Assembly (NCBI RefSeq): GCF_006345805.1
Contig: NC_042999.1
Coordinates: 129,518,001 to 129,582,000 of the forward strand
DNA: 64,000 bases
Source: Octopus sinensis
Taxonomy: Eukaryota
Direction of reading: 5' to 3'
The translations under genes were made by a program, and so were the position numbers. The notes beneath the pieces were generated by a model. It had not been told where the DNA came from, searched no databases, and was given only the letters and a program-made list of their open reading frames with translations. This document shows positions 24,173 to 38,888 of this stretch, piece by piece (the first letter of the stretch is position 1; every line of letters begins with the position of its first letter).

Positions 24173-24960
24173 TTTAACTGCAGCAAAACATTACTGCCTC
24201 AATCACAACATAGACTTTCTTTTGTACTTGAGACAAATTTGAAACATGTATTCTACATAACACATCTTTTAATTCCAATAACACATCTTTTAATTTTACT
24301 CACACAATTTTGTGACGTTTAAAAATACTACCATATATTCACTTGATGTTGTACTACTAAACTCCAAAACTTGTAAAAAATCAGAAAGAAGACAGAAAAG
24401 CAAAGAAAGAAAGAAAATGAAAAATGAATAGGAAAGAGGAAAAAAGATATAAAAGGAAAGGTGAAAAATAGAAAAGAAGGAAAGAAGCTGTCAGTTTGTT
24501 ATTAAGAAGTAATTCAACTTCTAGGAAAATTCTAGAGCATTAAAATTAGATTTGACCTTTCTCCTGTCTTTGCATTCCCAAAATATTGCTTCTCTTATTC
24601 ACATTAATCATTTATTCTCAATCTTTCCAAATAACTACATTAATTCTTCTTGTACTGTTATCTCCCTGTTACATAGGATATTTGATTGATCTTTAAATTC
24701 AGAGAACCTTACTTAACCCTCTACACATTGTATTTGATAAATATCCTCATTATTTTCTGTTCAATATACACAACTGTTCTGATGTATGATACTTTCCAGT
24801 TTGAATGCATGCTCTTAACACAGACAAATGTTAAGTGTATTTACTCTTATATAATCTGTAATATAAAACTCCTTCAATAAACATACTATATAGGTATTTC
24901 CTTTCTTCAAAGTTTCTCTGAATAAAATAATAATGGCTCATAAATTTTATACATATACAG

Positions 24961-25113
24961 GCGTAGACATGCCTGTGTGGTAAGAAGTTTGCTCCCCAAC
25001 CACATGGTTCCAGGTTCAGTCCCACTGCATGGTACCTTGGGCAAGTGTCTTCCACTATAGCCTCAGGCCAACCAAAGCCTTGTGAATGGATTTGATAGAT
25101 GGAAACTGAAAGA
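24961..25113 (+). mobile_element. SINE family A
   Basis: Well-preserved head GGCGTAGACATGCCTGTGTGGTAAGAAG...GGTTCAGTCCCACTGCATGGTACCTTGGGCAAGTG. Confidence 0.85.
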
Positions 25114-25156
25114 TACCAGCATGGACAATGGACATTAAATGAAGATGATGGTGACG

Positions 25157-25213
<57 letters not shown>

Positions 25214-25269
25214 TTTTATTCTTTTATATGTTTTAGCCCTAAGACTGGGCCATGCTGGGGCACCACCAG

Positions 25270-25515
25270 TGTAATCACCCCATTAATGGCCAATTCTGTG
25301 GTTGGCTTCTGGTGAAGGAGTGTGCCTGACATTGCCACTGCCCACCCAAATCCTCTGTCTTGATATTAGTTCATCTGGGACCTTGGATAGCAGGAAGTCA
25401 AGTTGTTTCTTGAAAACATCTACTCCCACTCCATGAAGGTCCCTCAAATATTTTGGCAAGGCACCAAATAGATGTGGGCCTCTGAATCCCAAGCCACCAT
25501 AGCACATGGTTCTCA
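25270..25515 (-). mobile_element. CR1-group LINE ORF2 C-terminal fragment
   Basis: LGFRGPHLFGALPKYLRDLHGVGVDVFKKQLDFLLSKVPDE resembles the G-P-x-L-F-N-x-L-P...FKxxLDxxLxxVPD terminus. Confidence 0.75.
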
Positions 25516-27045
25516 CTCTAGATGGGATAGCTGAGATGTGTGTGTAAATGTGTGTGTGTGCATCTTTGTGTCTGTTCTGCCCCACTGTGTGACAACTGGT
25601 GTTGGTATGTTTACACCCTTGTAACTTAGCAGTTTGGCAAAAGAGACTGATAGAATAAGTACTAGGCTTAAAGAAAAAAATGTAGTGAAATCAATTCATT
25701 CAACTAAAAATTCGTCAAGGTTGTGCCCCAGCATGGCTGCAATTTAATGACTGAAACAAGTAAAAGATAAAAGATACATTTTTTACATATATGTCTTCTA
25801 CTTGAGAATAGAAGTGTAAATCGAGTAAAGCACCTTTGTAAATTTAGTTTTGTGACCCAGTTTTCATTTCTTGTAACTATTTCAATTCATTAACTTAGCT
25901 ATTTGTAGGAAAATAATGAGCTTGTGCAATCACATTTATCCTTCCATTATATTTGAGCCATTATACTTATCTATGTTATCAAGACATGAGTGTGTAAATC
26001 ACAAAACTATTGTTAGCCTCCATCTGTTGCCCTTAGTCCTTGATAGCTTCTTGTCTGTCATTTACACTCTCATACTCTCTACATCATAGCACTTAGGTCT
26101 GATATAATGAATATGAGGAATGGTATTAGATCTATCCATATTCAATTCCATCATCACTACCATCCATTACAATGCCTGTGTACTGAACAATAGTATCATT
26201 CTTTTCTGTATCCAGTAACTTTCTACCACCACTCTACTGCTTGCCAGCATCCTCTCTTCTACATGTCACTTTATAACACTCACTGCTCTCTCTGAATATT
26301 GTCCATTTCTATTGCTATCACTAGCTCTTTCTTATCATCTCCTATTATTAGTGCTATCCTCCAATCATTCACACTTTCACACATTACTTCCTACAATCAC
26401 ACTCCTATTCCTCTATCATCATACCTCTCCTATCATTACCTCCTACTCCATTATGCTCCCTTTAATCTTCTTTTCAACAATTGACATTCATTACCCCACC
26501 TCTGACCCTCATCACTCTGTTCTTATGTCACACTTATATTCTCTCTTCCTTCACCCCTTTGTTCTCTGTCATCACTCTTCTATCCATCTTCTCAGTCACA
26601 TTTCCTTGGAATGAAAGGAAACAACACAGGGTAGAGGACTATTTAGTCTTGCCAAGTACATGACAATCTCTCTATTGCTAGAGCTACAAAATGCACCCAG
26701 TGCACTCCATATAGCAGTTGGTATTAGGAATGGCATTTGGCTATAGAAACTACATCAAAATTGAAATGCATCACATACACACACATACTCTGCAGATAAA
26801 ACATTTGCATGAATACGTTCAGAGACATTTATTTTTTAGATTTGTATTATCTTCACCTGAAGAACAGCCATTTAGTTTGTTGTAAATGCTCTCAAGAAAA
26901 AAACAAAAACAAAAACAAACTCTTGTGTGAGGAATGACCGTATGAAACAATATGAAGACACAGCAGTGAACAGTTAAACTAAAAAGTAGTTGCAAAAGTT
27001 GATAGAGATGAAAGTATGGAAGGTTTAAGCAGGGTGGGGTATAAC

Positions 27046-27303
27046 CAGGGCTGTGGATGTGGAGTTGGAAACAATTAATGGGTAGCCAGAGTCAGTAAAA
27101 CTATAGCAACTCTGACTCACAATGTCTTTATTCTTTAATATAAAACAGTTGTAACATATAGGCCTACTCAAAGTACAAGTGTATGCATATGCTTTATGAG
27201 ATATGTAGACCACAATCACTTAATTATATAAAGAGTCGGAATCAGAAGTGCCAATAGTAGAGGAGTCAGAATCAAAGTTCTTTGTTTTGACTCCACAGCC
27301 CAG
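27046..27303. mobile_element. hAT MITE, 258 bp, perfect 8-bp TSD GGTATAAC
   Basis: TIR CAGGGCTGTGGA / TCCACAGCCCAG (11/12). TSD at 27038-27045 and 27304-27311. Internal GAGTCRGA repeats. Confidence 0.9.
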
Positions 27304-28214
27304 GGTATAACAGAGATGTAGTAAGAGTATGATAGTGAAAATAAAGGAAAAACAATTAAGAAAAGAGTGTAAGCAATAGTTATTGGGTAAAAAGGCTGGA
27401 ATGGCACCATTACATCACTCATTGTAACTGGAAAATAACATTTTATACCAGAGATACAAGATGTATTGATTATTTACCAAAGCAACATACAATAGATGTT
27501 AGGCATGAAAGAGATAAACAAATGTATCAAATTAAATAAATATGGCTGCAACACTTAAGATAATCAGGAAGAAACATTCAAAGCACATACATTTGGATAA
27601 ATGCAAACAATAGATCTAGATATGTTTGTATTAAGTATACTTCGTAAATATCAACAAAAATATACCTGTATGTATCCATGTGCATCAAAGAGACTGTCTC
27701 ACACATACAGATACAATTACATGATAGTTATGTAAAACTGTTAGATTTGAAATGTCAGTTCACTTAAAAGCAGAGAGTTTAGGTTCCCAAGAGACCTAAG
27801 CGTTCCAATTTAGGTAGCGTTTCTAATTCAGTATCTATTTAAGTGGAGGCACATATTTTTATAAATAACATTGATAACCTTTTAGAGATAAAAAAAAATC
27901 AATAAAGTAAACCCAAACTTTTATCAATAATACAGTAGAGATATATTTTCTTTCTGTTTTAGAGGACTTGGATCAGTTTGCATTAATTTTTTGAAATTGG
28001 CTTATTGAATTAACAGAGGAAATCAAATTTAAACAACAAGCTTTTTTTTACTATACAAGCAACTTTCTATGTTAAGAAAACATCCATACCAAGCACACCT
28101 GTGTAATAAGCTAAGACATTTTAATTAAAATTACACACCTTTAGTGATGAGAATAATCATTATCTAATATTATCCTGTTTTCATTTCAAAAAAGAAAAAC
28201 AAATATTTACTTAC

Positions 28215-28416
28215 CAGAGAATGATTCATACCAGCCATCATTCTACGCATGTTATTAAAGATGTCATTAATTCCAAAATAGTCTTCATTTAATCCAAATC
28301 CTACTAAATCATTTTTACAGTTAGTACGTTCACAGCTTTTAGACCTCTGTTGATTCCTAATGTGTTCTCGCCCACTGAATCCAAAATCCATCATGCGCAT
28401 GTGAGTTTTGGGAAAC
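28215..28416 (-). CDS. MLF: MLF coding exon 2 (FPKTHMRMMDFG...INDIFNNMRRMMAGMNHSL)
   Basis: Acceptor ttttatgttaAG, donor CTG|GTAAGT, 202 nt (1+67 codons). Met-rich 'F-N-N-M-R-R-M-M' segment sits just before the DPNGH motif, as in the MLF family. Overlaps track ORF 28170-28463. Confidence 0.88.
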
Positions 28417-30359
28417 CTTAACATAAAAAGATAATGAAGATTATACATTACAAACAATAACACATCAAATTTTTACAAAAAATGTTACCACTATTTCAAT
28501 ATTTGTAAAAAAATTTCCTTTGTCTAACAACATCAAATTTTTATGGTAAAAGTTTTATTTATTAATCATAATATAAAAATCTAATTAAAGACTAAAGCCT
28601 AAAGCCATGAACAGACCTAAAGAACCATTTTCCAATAAGGTCATTTCAATCTTCAATGAAGTCTCAACAACACAATGATACAATCACTGCATATATTAAG
28701 GGAACACTTATACCTGCCACCCACTAATCATAGATAATACACAAGTAAAATAATAAAAGTTGCTGCACATGATCTTTCATCTTCAACATAGTAAAAACTG
28801 CACCCCCAAAACTGGTTTTTCTCTTTAAGACCAGAAAATACTTCAGTACCCAGCAGCTGGTAATTGATTATAGAGTTCAAATGAAACCCACAATGGAATA
28901 CTGCTCCCTCATCTGGGAACAGTATTTTCATGCATGTCTTAGATTGCATCCAGAAAAGAATCCACCATACCATCTTGCATAGAGTTGCTCACCAACACAC
29001 TCCAGCCTTTGGGGCATAGATGTGCAGTCTCCTTACTCTTGTCTCACGCCACCTTGACTCAGACCTCACCAATTCTTATCATCCAGATTCCCTACCCCTT
29101 CAGATCATAAACAAAGGATGCACATATCGATGAGTAAGGTTTGAGGAGAAAGATTCAAAATGGTAATATGCAGAAAACTGACTTAAAGTAACTAAGAACT
29201 TGTGGGATAGAATTAGCAATTTCAGAAGAAAAATCAACTATTACATGGAAGCACGAATTTTATTAAACAAATACATATGAATACTGTACTTATTAATACT
29301 AAATTCAGAAAACAACAGAAATAGCAACCAAGTCACTCCTCAATCAAATTGCACACTACTGACTTAAAAAGGCAAGACTCATTAGATAACATAGTCCAAG
29401 TTGACCTACATGTGAATAAGACAGGATAATTTTGGTTTAAATACTTTGATTATAGATCTACTGACATATGCTAAACAATAACTGAATTCAGAAAGCATTA
29501 AAGAAGTTCACACAATCAAAAGCATAAAAGGATTTAAATATGTAGCATGCAGTAAGATGTATAAATTAATTCTATAGCTGCTAAATGACATGGAAGCTGA
29601 ATGAAATCCAACTAGATCAAAATTCTCACACATATCATAAGAACAAAAATATCAAATTGGCTTCTTTTGCTTTGCAGAGCAAATTTCTAACAATCTAAAA
29701 CATTTATCCAACAACAGCAATATGTATAATTCTAATTCATTACTTAAAACAAGAAAATGCTTATTAATGATGATTTAATGCAATAAGATAGCAAGGAATA
29801 TCTTTGATCAACAAGACATAACATTTTAAAACATAATAGCTTGTTAACAAATGCTGAAGTGATTCTTCTAGTTACAACGCACACAATATTTTTTACAATA
29901 TAATTAAATTTAACTAACCAACAATTTCGCGAAAAACCTGTTGTGCAAAATGACTTTTACAATCACACTGGAGTTTTTTTAATGACATCACAGAAGGATC
30001 ATCCCTTATGACATCAGATAAAAACAACAAATCTCTTCATAAAATGACTGTTGATCATCAAGATTTTATGAATTGCTTAACTTAGAAATATGCTGTGTCT
30101 TTATTGTATAACTGTTACCTTCATAGCCTCTGTTCTTAATTTTCTGGACATATTCAATTCCTCAAACCTTTAGCAAAATTGATCTCACTCATCTTAATAC
30201 AACAATATTTATAATCTTCCCTCTCCAAAACAATATTGTTCCATAACTATCTCCTAAGCTAATTTCAATATAAACAAGAATATCTTCACTCTAAACAACA
30301 AATGAAATTTTTCTTCAGTTGGTAAAACTACTTCAGAAAAGACATGATAGTTTATATCA

Positions 30360-32060
30360 TAATCATCATCATCATCACCACTGCCACCACCATCGCTGCT
30401 GCCACCACTACCGTTTAACGTCCGTTTTCCATGCTGGCATGGGTTGGACAGTTTGAGTGGGGACTGGCAAGCCAGGAGGCTTCACCAGGCTCCAATCTGA
30501 TCTGGCAATGTTTCTACAGCTGGATGTCCTTCCTAATGCCAATCACTCCAATAGTGTAGTGAGTGCTTTTTACATGCCACCAGCACAGGAGCTAGTCAGC
30601 TGGCACTGGCATCGGCCATGTTCGGATGGTGCTTTTTACGTGCCACAGGCACAGGGAGCCAGTCTGGCAGCACTGGCAATGACCCACGCATGAATGGTGC
30701 TTATTGTGTGCCACCAGTCAGGTGGCACTTGCATCGGCCATACTACAATTTCCATCTGATTGTGATTTGATTGTTGATTTTGATTTTGATTTTACTTGAC
30801 TCAATAGGTCTCTTCAAGCACGGTGTGTCACCCAACAATTCAAAGGTACTTTTACTTTTTAAATGGGCTGGTTTTGTGACACTAGTACAGGCTGCAGCTG
30901 TGATCTCACTTTACTTGCCAGGTCTTCTGAATCACAGCATATCTCCAGAAGTCTCGGTCTTTCGTCATTGCTTCTGTGAGGCCCAACATTCAAAGATCAT
31001 GCTTCATTACTTCATTTCACGTCTTCCTGGGTCTCCCACTTCCATGGGTTTCTTCCACTGTTAGGGAGTGACACTTCTTTATACAGCTCTCCTCATCCAA
31101 ACGCAGCACCTGACCATACTAGCACAGTCGTCTCTCTTGCACACCACATCTGATCCTTCTTATGTCTAACATTTCTCTTAGGGTGCTTACACCCTGTCAT
31201 GTGTGCACACTGACATTACACATCCAGCGGATCATACTAGCTTCATTTCTTTCAAGCCTACGCATGTCTTCAGTAGTCATGGCTTAAGTTTCACTGCCGT
31301 GTAGCATGGCAGTTTGTAAATATGCATCATACAATTTACCTTTCACAAAGGCCCTTTGTCACCAGTAGAAGTAGGAGCTTTCTGAACTTGGCCCAAGCTA
31401 TTCTTATTCTAGTGGCAATGCTCTCTGAGCATCCACCCCCACTAGACTTGGTCACCTAGGTAGCGGAAGCTATCAACTAATTCTAGTTTCTTCCCTTGGT
31501 ATGTGATAGAATCCATTTTCTGAGCATCTGCAGTATTTATTGCCTTTGTGTATCTGCCACACACAAAAGCTATCATCCCAGTTAACTTTCCTTTGATGTT
31601 GCTGCACCTATTATGCATCCAGAGCTTACACTGGGTACATCTTATGGAGTTTCTACCTACACATTTTCTACAGATCGAGGAGAGCCATCTACCTGAAGGG
31701 GTTTGTGATGTGTTCGCCTTTCTACTTACTAGGACTTTGATTTTTGCAACATTGACTCTAAGGCCCTTTTATTCTAAACCTTGCTTCCACACCTGAAATT
31801 TCTTCTCTAGTTCTGGTAGTGATTCTGCTATGACAGCAAGGTCATCAGCATAGAGGAGCTCCCAGGGGCAACCTGTCATGAATTCCACTGTTATTGCCTG
31901 GAGGACTATGATTAATAAGAGGAGGCTGAGAGCTGATCCTTGGTGGACTCCTACTTCTACCCAAAATTCTTCCCTATACTCATTGCTGACCCTTACTTTA
32001 CTAATGGCATCCCTGTACAGGGCCTGTACAGCTCTTATTAACCACTCATCAATTTATATA
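30360..32060 (-). mobile_element. 5'-truncated RTE-clade LINE (RT C-terminal half, PHD-like finger, 3' UTR tandem repeats, (GAT)n tail)
   Basis: HQGSALS.LLLIIVLQAITVEFMTGCPWELLYADDLAVIAESLPELEKKFQVWKQGLE*KGLRVNVAK...LVDSFRYLGDQ. Confidence 0.92.
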
Positions 32061-32183
32061 TTCTGAAGTATATACTGAACTTGATCAATATTGATTGCAA
32101 AAGTAAAATAGCCATTTTTTAATGTTTTTGTCAGCAACGGAAATAAAATGAAATATAAAGAATTATTTCATAAAACTATCTGT

Positions 32184-32550
32184 AGGCATAGGTATGTGGT
32201 AAGAAGCTTGCTTCCCAACCATATGGAGCCAGGTTTAGTCCCACCAAGGGTAAGTGTTTACTACTATAGCCCTGGGCTGATAAAGCCTTGTGAGTGCATT
32301 TGGTAGACAGAAACTGAAAGAAGCCCATCGTGTGTGCATGTCTTTGTGTCTATGTTTATCCCCCATCACCACTTAACAACTTGTGTTGGTGTGTTTACAT
32401 CCCCAAAACATAGCAGTTCAACAAAAGAAACTGATAGAATAAGTACCAGGCTTAAAAAAAGAATATGTTGTCAAACCATGCAACTAAAAATTCTTCAAGG
32501 TGGTGCTTCAGCACAGCCTCAGAGTAATGACTGCAACAAGTAAAAGATTG
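32184..32550 (+). mobile_element. SINE family A, full length
   Basis: Head plus body ending GACTGCAACAAGTAAAAGA. Confidence 0.85.
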
Positions 32551-32629
32551 TTCACAGCAGTTTAAGAAGAAAATTTTTCTTAACAGAAATTCATCCAAAG
32601 CACAATTTTTTGTAATGAGAATTATATTC

Positions 32630-32965
32630 TTTTACTTTCATTGGACTGTGAAGATATTAAGGCAATGGCCTCAAGGATTTAGTCAATCAGATCATTTCCA
32701 ATGCATACTTCAAGACTGGTATTTATTCTATCTGTTTCTTTTTACCAAACTGTTATCAAAAGGTAAGGGACATACATAAAGATACATCCACACACATGTA
32801 CACAAACAGTACATATATATGCAAACCAGGTTTTTGTCTACTGAATTCATTCATTAGTCAACTTGGAGCTGTAGTAAAACAAACTTACACAAGGTGCCAT
32901 GCAATGGTACTGACCCTATTTCAACATGGTTGTGAAGCAAACTTCTTAATCATATGACTATACCT
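32630..32965 (-). mobile_element. SINE family A, decayed, inverted relative to 32184-32550
   Basis: CATTGGACTGTG...TATTCTATC...CAAGGTGCCATGCAATGG...CATGGTTGTGAAGCAAACTTCTTA. Confidence 0.65.
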
Positions 32966-33581
32966 GCACCTACATTTGAAATACTGATGATAAGATATTG
33001 CATTTTAAATACTGATAATTTATTTCATTAAGTTTCTCTTTTTTAAACATTTAAAAACTAAAAACAAAACAAAATCTTATTCACTTTCTACTTCTTAATT
33101 ACTTGCAGTAATTCCCATTGCATACTACCATCATTATTGCGTCTCTTCTAAAATCCTATTCTAAATGTTATGTGCAATCCTTTCTCCTAAACATTTAAAT
33201 TTTACTCTTATATATGTGGTTGTTTTTGCACTTCCAAATACCATTCCTGAAACTATGATCTTTATTTCTAATATTTGAATATTATGATAGCATAGCTATA
33301 ATAAAAATAGGAAGGGTTAGAATGAGAATGTCAACTGAATTCAACACAGACCAAATTGGCCAGGCATATTCTCAGATGAATGAAAAGTTTGTTTTTATTT
33401 TTGGTTACTCAATTAAGCAGAGTAAGGTTTCAATTACATACCCTAAAGCAGACAAAAATAACTCAAAATCATAACCTGCAACCTTGTGACCAAGGATTTG
33501 ATCCTATTATCCACTTAGATAGATTAGTACATCATTAATGATTTTGAAAAAAAAAAAGGTCAGTGAGTCTCTAGATTTCTT

Positions 33582-33800
33582 TAACCCTTTAGTGTTCAGA
33601 TTATTCTACCAAATGTGATGCTTGTTTATTCACATTGCATTGAATTAATCATGCATTATCTCATAACTGTGAGATTTCTGCGATGTGACTCTTTACTTTG
33701 GGAATAATATTGTAGGATAGGGTAAGAGGCTGGATCTGAGTGGTTTTGAACAAAAAGGAGGTAAAATATATAGGCCAGATATGGCCGGTTTCTATTTGGA
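33582..33800 (+). mobile_element. TTAA-target MITE family E
   Basis: TTAACCCTTTTAGTGTTCAGATTATTCT...GGCCAGATATGGCCGGTTT. Confidence 0.75.
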
Positions 33801-36800
33801 AGTTAACTGGTACATAGAGATTATATACAGCACTGTAGACTTGTATATGTTGTAGTTGTTTAGCCCCAGATCAGCTTAGATCATGCTCAGACCTGTAATG
33901 AAAGACAGTCTAGCTGTGATATCTTGCTATTTTATTTCAGATTGTTTTCAAATGTATCCTCTTTTTAAAAATGGCAAGTTATGACTAGGAGAATATAGTA
34001 AGGTGTAAGACATATAATTTTGGCAGGGCAGCTTCAATTCCCTACATTTTCACTAGGGGTTTGTGAAAATTGTACTCTTCAATTCATTTCATTTTAATCT
34101 CTTATATGCAACTTTAATTATTTTAAAATGCTTTCAAATTATCTGTGATGAGGCACAGATAATACTTTCCTAGTCAACTCACTATTACTTCATGGCATTT
34201 ATCTCTTATTCTATCCAAAGCAGCATCTAACTACTTTTATTTCAATTCAAACTTTCTTTAGAAATTTTAGGACTGTTAATATGTTTTTCTCAAACTGATT
34301 CTTCTTTACATTTTGTAATTTTGTCACCATAAATCACTACATTTTTGACAGATGCATTATATATTCTATTTTCTTAGTAAGAAAAAAAACAGGAATTTCT
34401 TAGATATTTTACATAAACTTCACACTGTAGGCATTATATAGATTATTGTTTTTTACAGCTTAAGCATTTCTTAGCTAACATTTTCCACAGATACAAAAAA
34501 AAAAAAAAATTAAGCATAATAAATTCAGCTTTGTAAATTCAGATATTTCAAATTCAAGTCTACTCTTTCAGATTTTAAATTTCTTCGGCATCTTTTAAAA
34601 TTTCTTTGTCATGAAAGCTCAATAATTTCGTTTAAAAATACAAAAAAGTTTTTAAAAACCTACCTATTTAGTTCTGAACTTTAAAAACCAAGACAAAGAA
34701 ATAGTAATATTGATGTAGCAGAAAAAGAGTACTGTTAGGTACTTTTTATGAAAGCATAGTACCAGGCCTTATCTTCCATCTTTTACTTGTTTCAGTCATT
34801 GGACTGTGGCCATACTAAGGCAACGCTTTGATGGGTTTAATCATGACTCTACTGTTCTATGTGACCTAAGTTTGCTTTGCCAGACAGTCTGCTTTCTCTC
34901 TATATATATATATCTTTATATAGAGTGGTTTGCTTTATTGTAGGAAATACCTGTACAAACCTTTTACTAACCTGTTTCTTTCTTTCAATCTGAATATTTT
35001 CATCTACTTATCATTGTGCTAGCATTAGCTTTTATTCAAATTACTTCCAGTTTCTATTCAAATGTATCTAAAGAGCAAAAATGCTCTCACAAAACATTAT
35101 TTATATTATTATGCCTCTATGGTCTATAATGGGAATGATTTAGTAAATTTTAGTACATAGGACTACATCCTTATCATATCAAAGAAAATAACAGATAGTT
35201 AGACTTGAACCCAATATCCCTATGAACTTATACACTGACGTGTAGATTCTAACATATATAAATATTCAACCTCTCTATTGTTGATACCACAAGTAAGCAT
35301 GCCCAAAGCACTCTGTAAACACTCCTATTGGCAATAGGAAGGGTATATTGCTATACAAGTCAAAGAAAATATATAAGCACCATGTGCAATAGCTCTCAGT
35401 AAGAAATGATTTGAACTATGTTCAACCCATGAAGAGCATGAAAAGCAAATATAGGATAATGATGATGATAATGATGACAATGTTGTCTATAATAGATTAT
35501 TTCCTTATTTTGTTCCATAGTTAAGATAGCATTTGTTTGAAGTATTACACATATGTGTTGTAGGAGAATAATAATATGAATTAACTGGGATAAATTCTAT
35601 ATAAATCAAAACTTCACCGAGCATTAATCACACACTAGAATGATGAACAGAGCAAGGATGCAGTTTCACAGAATAAAGGAACAAGTTGCAATTCCATTTC
35701 TTACACATGCACATGCACAAGCACGCACGCACACACACACACACACACACACACAAAGCAGTGGTGCAGAATAACACTATTTGTTCCGTGAAATAATAGA
35801 TAAAAGAAATAAAGGCTGAAAACCAAGCCATACAAAAGGTATTGTTAGAAACATATGGACATAAAATTGACAGGCTGTTAACACCAAAATCAAACAGCTA
35901 ACAATCATTTTGCTTGAAAGGGTTTCCACCAAGGAGAGGCCATATAATGGATGAAAGAAGATGAGAAGTTGGATAAAAAGGAGTAGTCGAAGTGGGGGGG
36001 GGACTATACATGATTTATAAACATGAAAGAACTGAAGTTTTATGATTCATGATAATGACTGAGAATAACATATGGTCAAATATGCAAAAGATATAAATCC
36101 TTTATATTGCAAGTGAAAATGCTGCATGTTAGCAGTTATCAAAATGAAGAATAGCCAAGAAAAATGTGTTTTATCTTGGAACAGGAGTCCTGACACTAAA
36201 GGAGAAAATAGCCTTATAGTACTCAAAAAGATCTATCCACCATAACAGAAGTGTTAAGACCACTCCCCCTGCTGAAGAGGATTGACCTGCAAGAGTCCTG
36301 TGCTGGTGCCACATAAACAGCACTTGTACTGGTACTATGTAAAATCACTTGTGCAGTGCTATGTTAAAAGCACCCAACACATTGTTGACGTTATTAGAAA
36401 GGGCATCAAGCCATAGAAATCAAGTCAAATCAGCTCTGGTCAAACCATCTAACCCATGCCAGCATGGGAAATGGATACTAAAGGATGGTAATGATAATGA
36501 TGACAATGATGAAAAGAAAAGAACCAGATAAAACAATAATACACATAAACTGATTACACTGTTTTCTAACACAGACACATAATCATACACTTTGAAGAAA
36601 AATGCTATGGATTAAATTAACTCTCATACTTGACTGGCACTTAGGATGAAAGACAAAGCCATATTTTACAGGATCTGAAGTCAATGTGTAAACGGATGTA
36701 ATCAAATGTTGAAAGGCATTTTATCCAGTGACTAGCAATTTTATCATCCACTGCTTTCATCTAATCTATAACTATGACATTGAGAAGGTTCATCAGTATG

Positions 36801-38888
36801 ATGCAAATGAAAGATAGGATGCATCACCAAGAAGACCCAGTACTTGTGTCTAACGATTGGATTTACAGCAAAAGAAGCTTGAATACTTGAGCCTACAAGA
36901 GAGCCTCAATGTGGCCACTCAACATGCTAGGAAAACAGACAATTCATCTTAAAATTATACAATATCATCTTAAATAGGTATCATAATAATAATTTACATC
37001 TGTCTTTCATGCTGCCATCTGTGTGTGTGTTTATATTTGCACTCTAGAAAGTTGCTCACTACAAGCAGTGTCATTGTCACTTCTGTCAATTAATCCCCAG
37101 CTTGCTTTACATTTCTGAAGATGTGTGAAATATGAGATTCTTTACTTGAAAAGCAAATAAGGGTTAGTGACAAGAAGGGCATTCTACTGTAAAACCTTGC
37201 CAGCAAGTCTAACCCATGCTGACTAGGGAAAACAAACATAAAACCAACATACCATGTATGCATTCATATGTAAGGAATATTGGTGCAACATTCCATCAAG
37301 CATCACAGGTAGTTGTTGTGGACAAAAAAAAAACCCAATAAAATGTATAGTTTTAGAGGTCAGCTGTCCTGCAGATGTGAATACTTCTTCCAAAAATCAA
37401 TGAAAAAGTGTATATTTGTGAACAAAGATTTCTCTTCAGATTATACATTCTATAATTATTGGTGCTCTTGGCTAAGTAAATGTCTAAGTTGCAATCTAAA
37501 AAAGTTTGGATTTTTAGTCAAAGAAAGTCATCATATGCAATTTGTATGTGGAACAATAAATATATGCAAAATTTTTCTAAAGTTCAACATGTAATTCTTT
37601 ATCACTGTTGTTATCCAAATTTAGTGATGGTGCTTTGTTAAAAAAGAAAGCTAAGAAATAACACACACACACATACACACAAGCATGCACATAGATTAAT
37701 TGGTATGAGAGACTGTTCATTGAATTTACAGTGAATACCATCTCCAACATAAAAGCCACAATTATTAACTTTAATAAATAATGGCTGTTCTTTTGATCAC
37801 ATTGATTGAAGAAACCTTTAATTCAAGATCATAGTAATATTAATCTCAAACTTGAATTCACTATGCAGAGAATCACTAATAACATCAGAAGGATACATCA
37901 ACAACATTGGAAGAAAGACCAAATCATAAGAATCTTATTCGTTGTAGTTATAGAAGAAATCAGAACTATAAGTGCATTTTTCTTTGAGGTATGAACTCAA
38001 TAATAATTTATGTAATTGCTATAAAATGATAAAAATGGGGAAAAAAATCCTACTGTAGGCTACATGAATAGAATGAAAATATACTCAGAGCTAATTTTAT
38101 GACACACATAAAAAAAAAACAAATACCAACAAACAACATGCTTAATGTGAGAGGCAAGTTGATTGTGATTCTATTCACAAAAATGAGAATAAAGCACAAA
38201 TGACAGTAAACAAACATGGTTCATGAACACATATGCTGATGCTAGTAACAACAGTAAGACTGACCATCTATTCATATCTAGCTGCTAATGTCAATAGTAG
38301 CAGCCACAATAATACATGTATCATGAATTAAAAGAGTCTAAAATACAGATAACTGAAATATCTTTCCAATAAAACGTTTCAAGACAAGGTTATTTTATTT
38401 TAAATCCCTGCTACAAGACAGTACATATTTGACTTACTGAGTTGATGTTAACAGAGATCAATAATATTGGGATTGAATTGTTTTAACAGAGTGATGAATC
38501 ATCTCACTGTAAAATAAACATTTATTTATATTCCTGTTTTATTATAACTGTTATACAGTACCTTGAATAAACTATAGAAGTAAACAAAGCAAAGCAATTT
38601 GAAAAATGACATCACGGAACTGGAAAATGGGAAAAATAGGTTGTTGATCTTTTAGAAGACTATCAGTTATGTGGTGACACTTATCAAATGCAGACAATTA
38701 GTTATAATTCTTAACAACAACAAAAGAAAAAAAATTGAAAAAAAATATATGTATGAAGACAAGAACAAAAGAACACTTGAATATAAATTTATCACTTAAT
38801 TGATGTTAGAAGATATAAGCAGGAAAATCTGGCATTAGAGGAGAGTAGGTGAAATGAAAATTAGTAACAAGAAATTCGGTTGAAACAT

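Noticed and set aside
28728-28973. KILFPDEGAVFH...FWGC resembling Tc1 transposase motifs
   Set aside because: Similarity is too short, with no TIRs or further catalytic motifs identified.
29985-30015. GAT GAT CCT (DDP) as an alternative MLF exon 1
   Set aside because: No ATG or donor in context; 49664-49713 fits much better.
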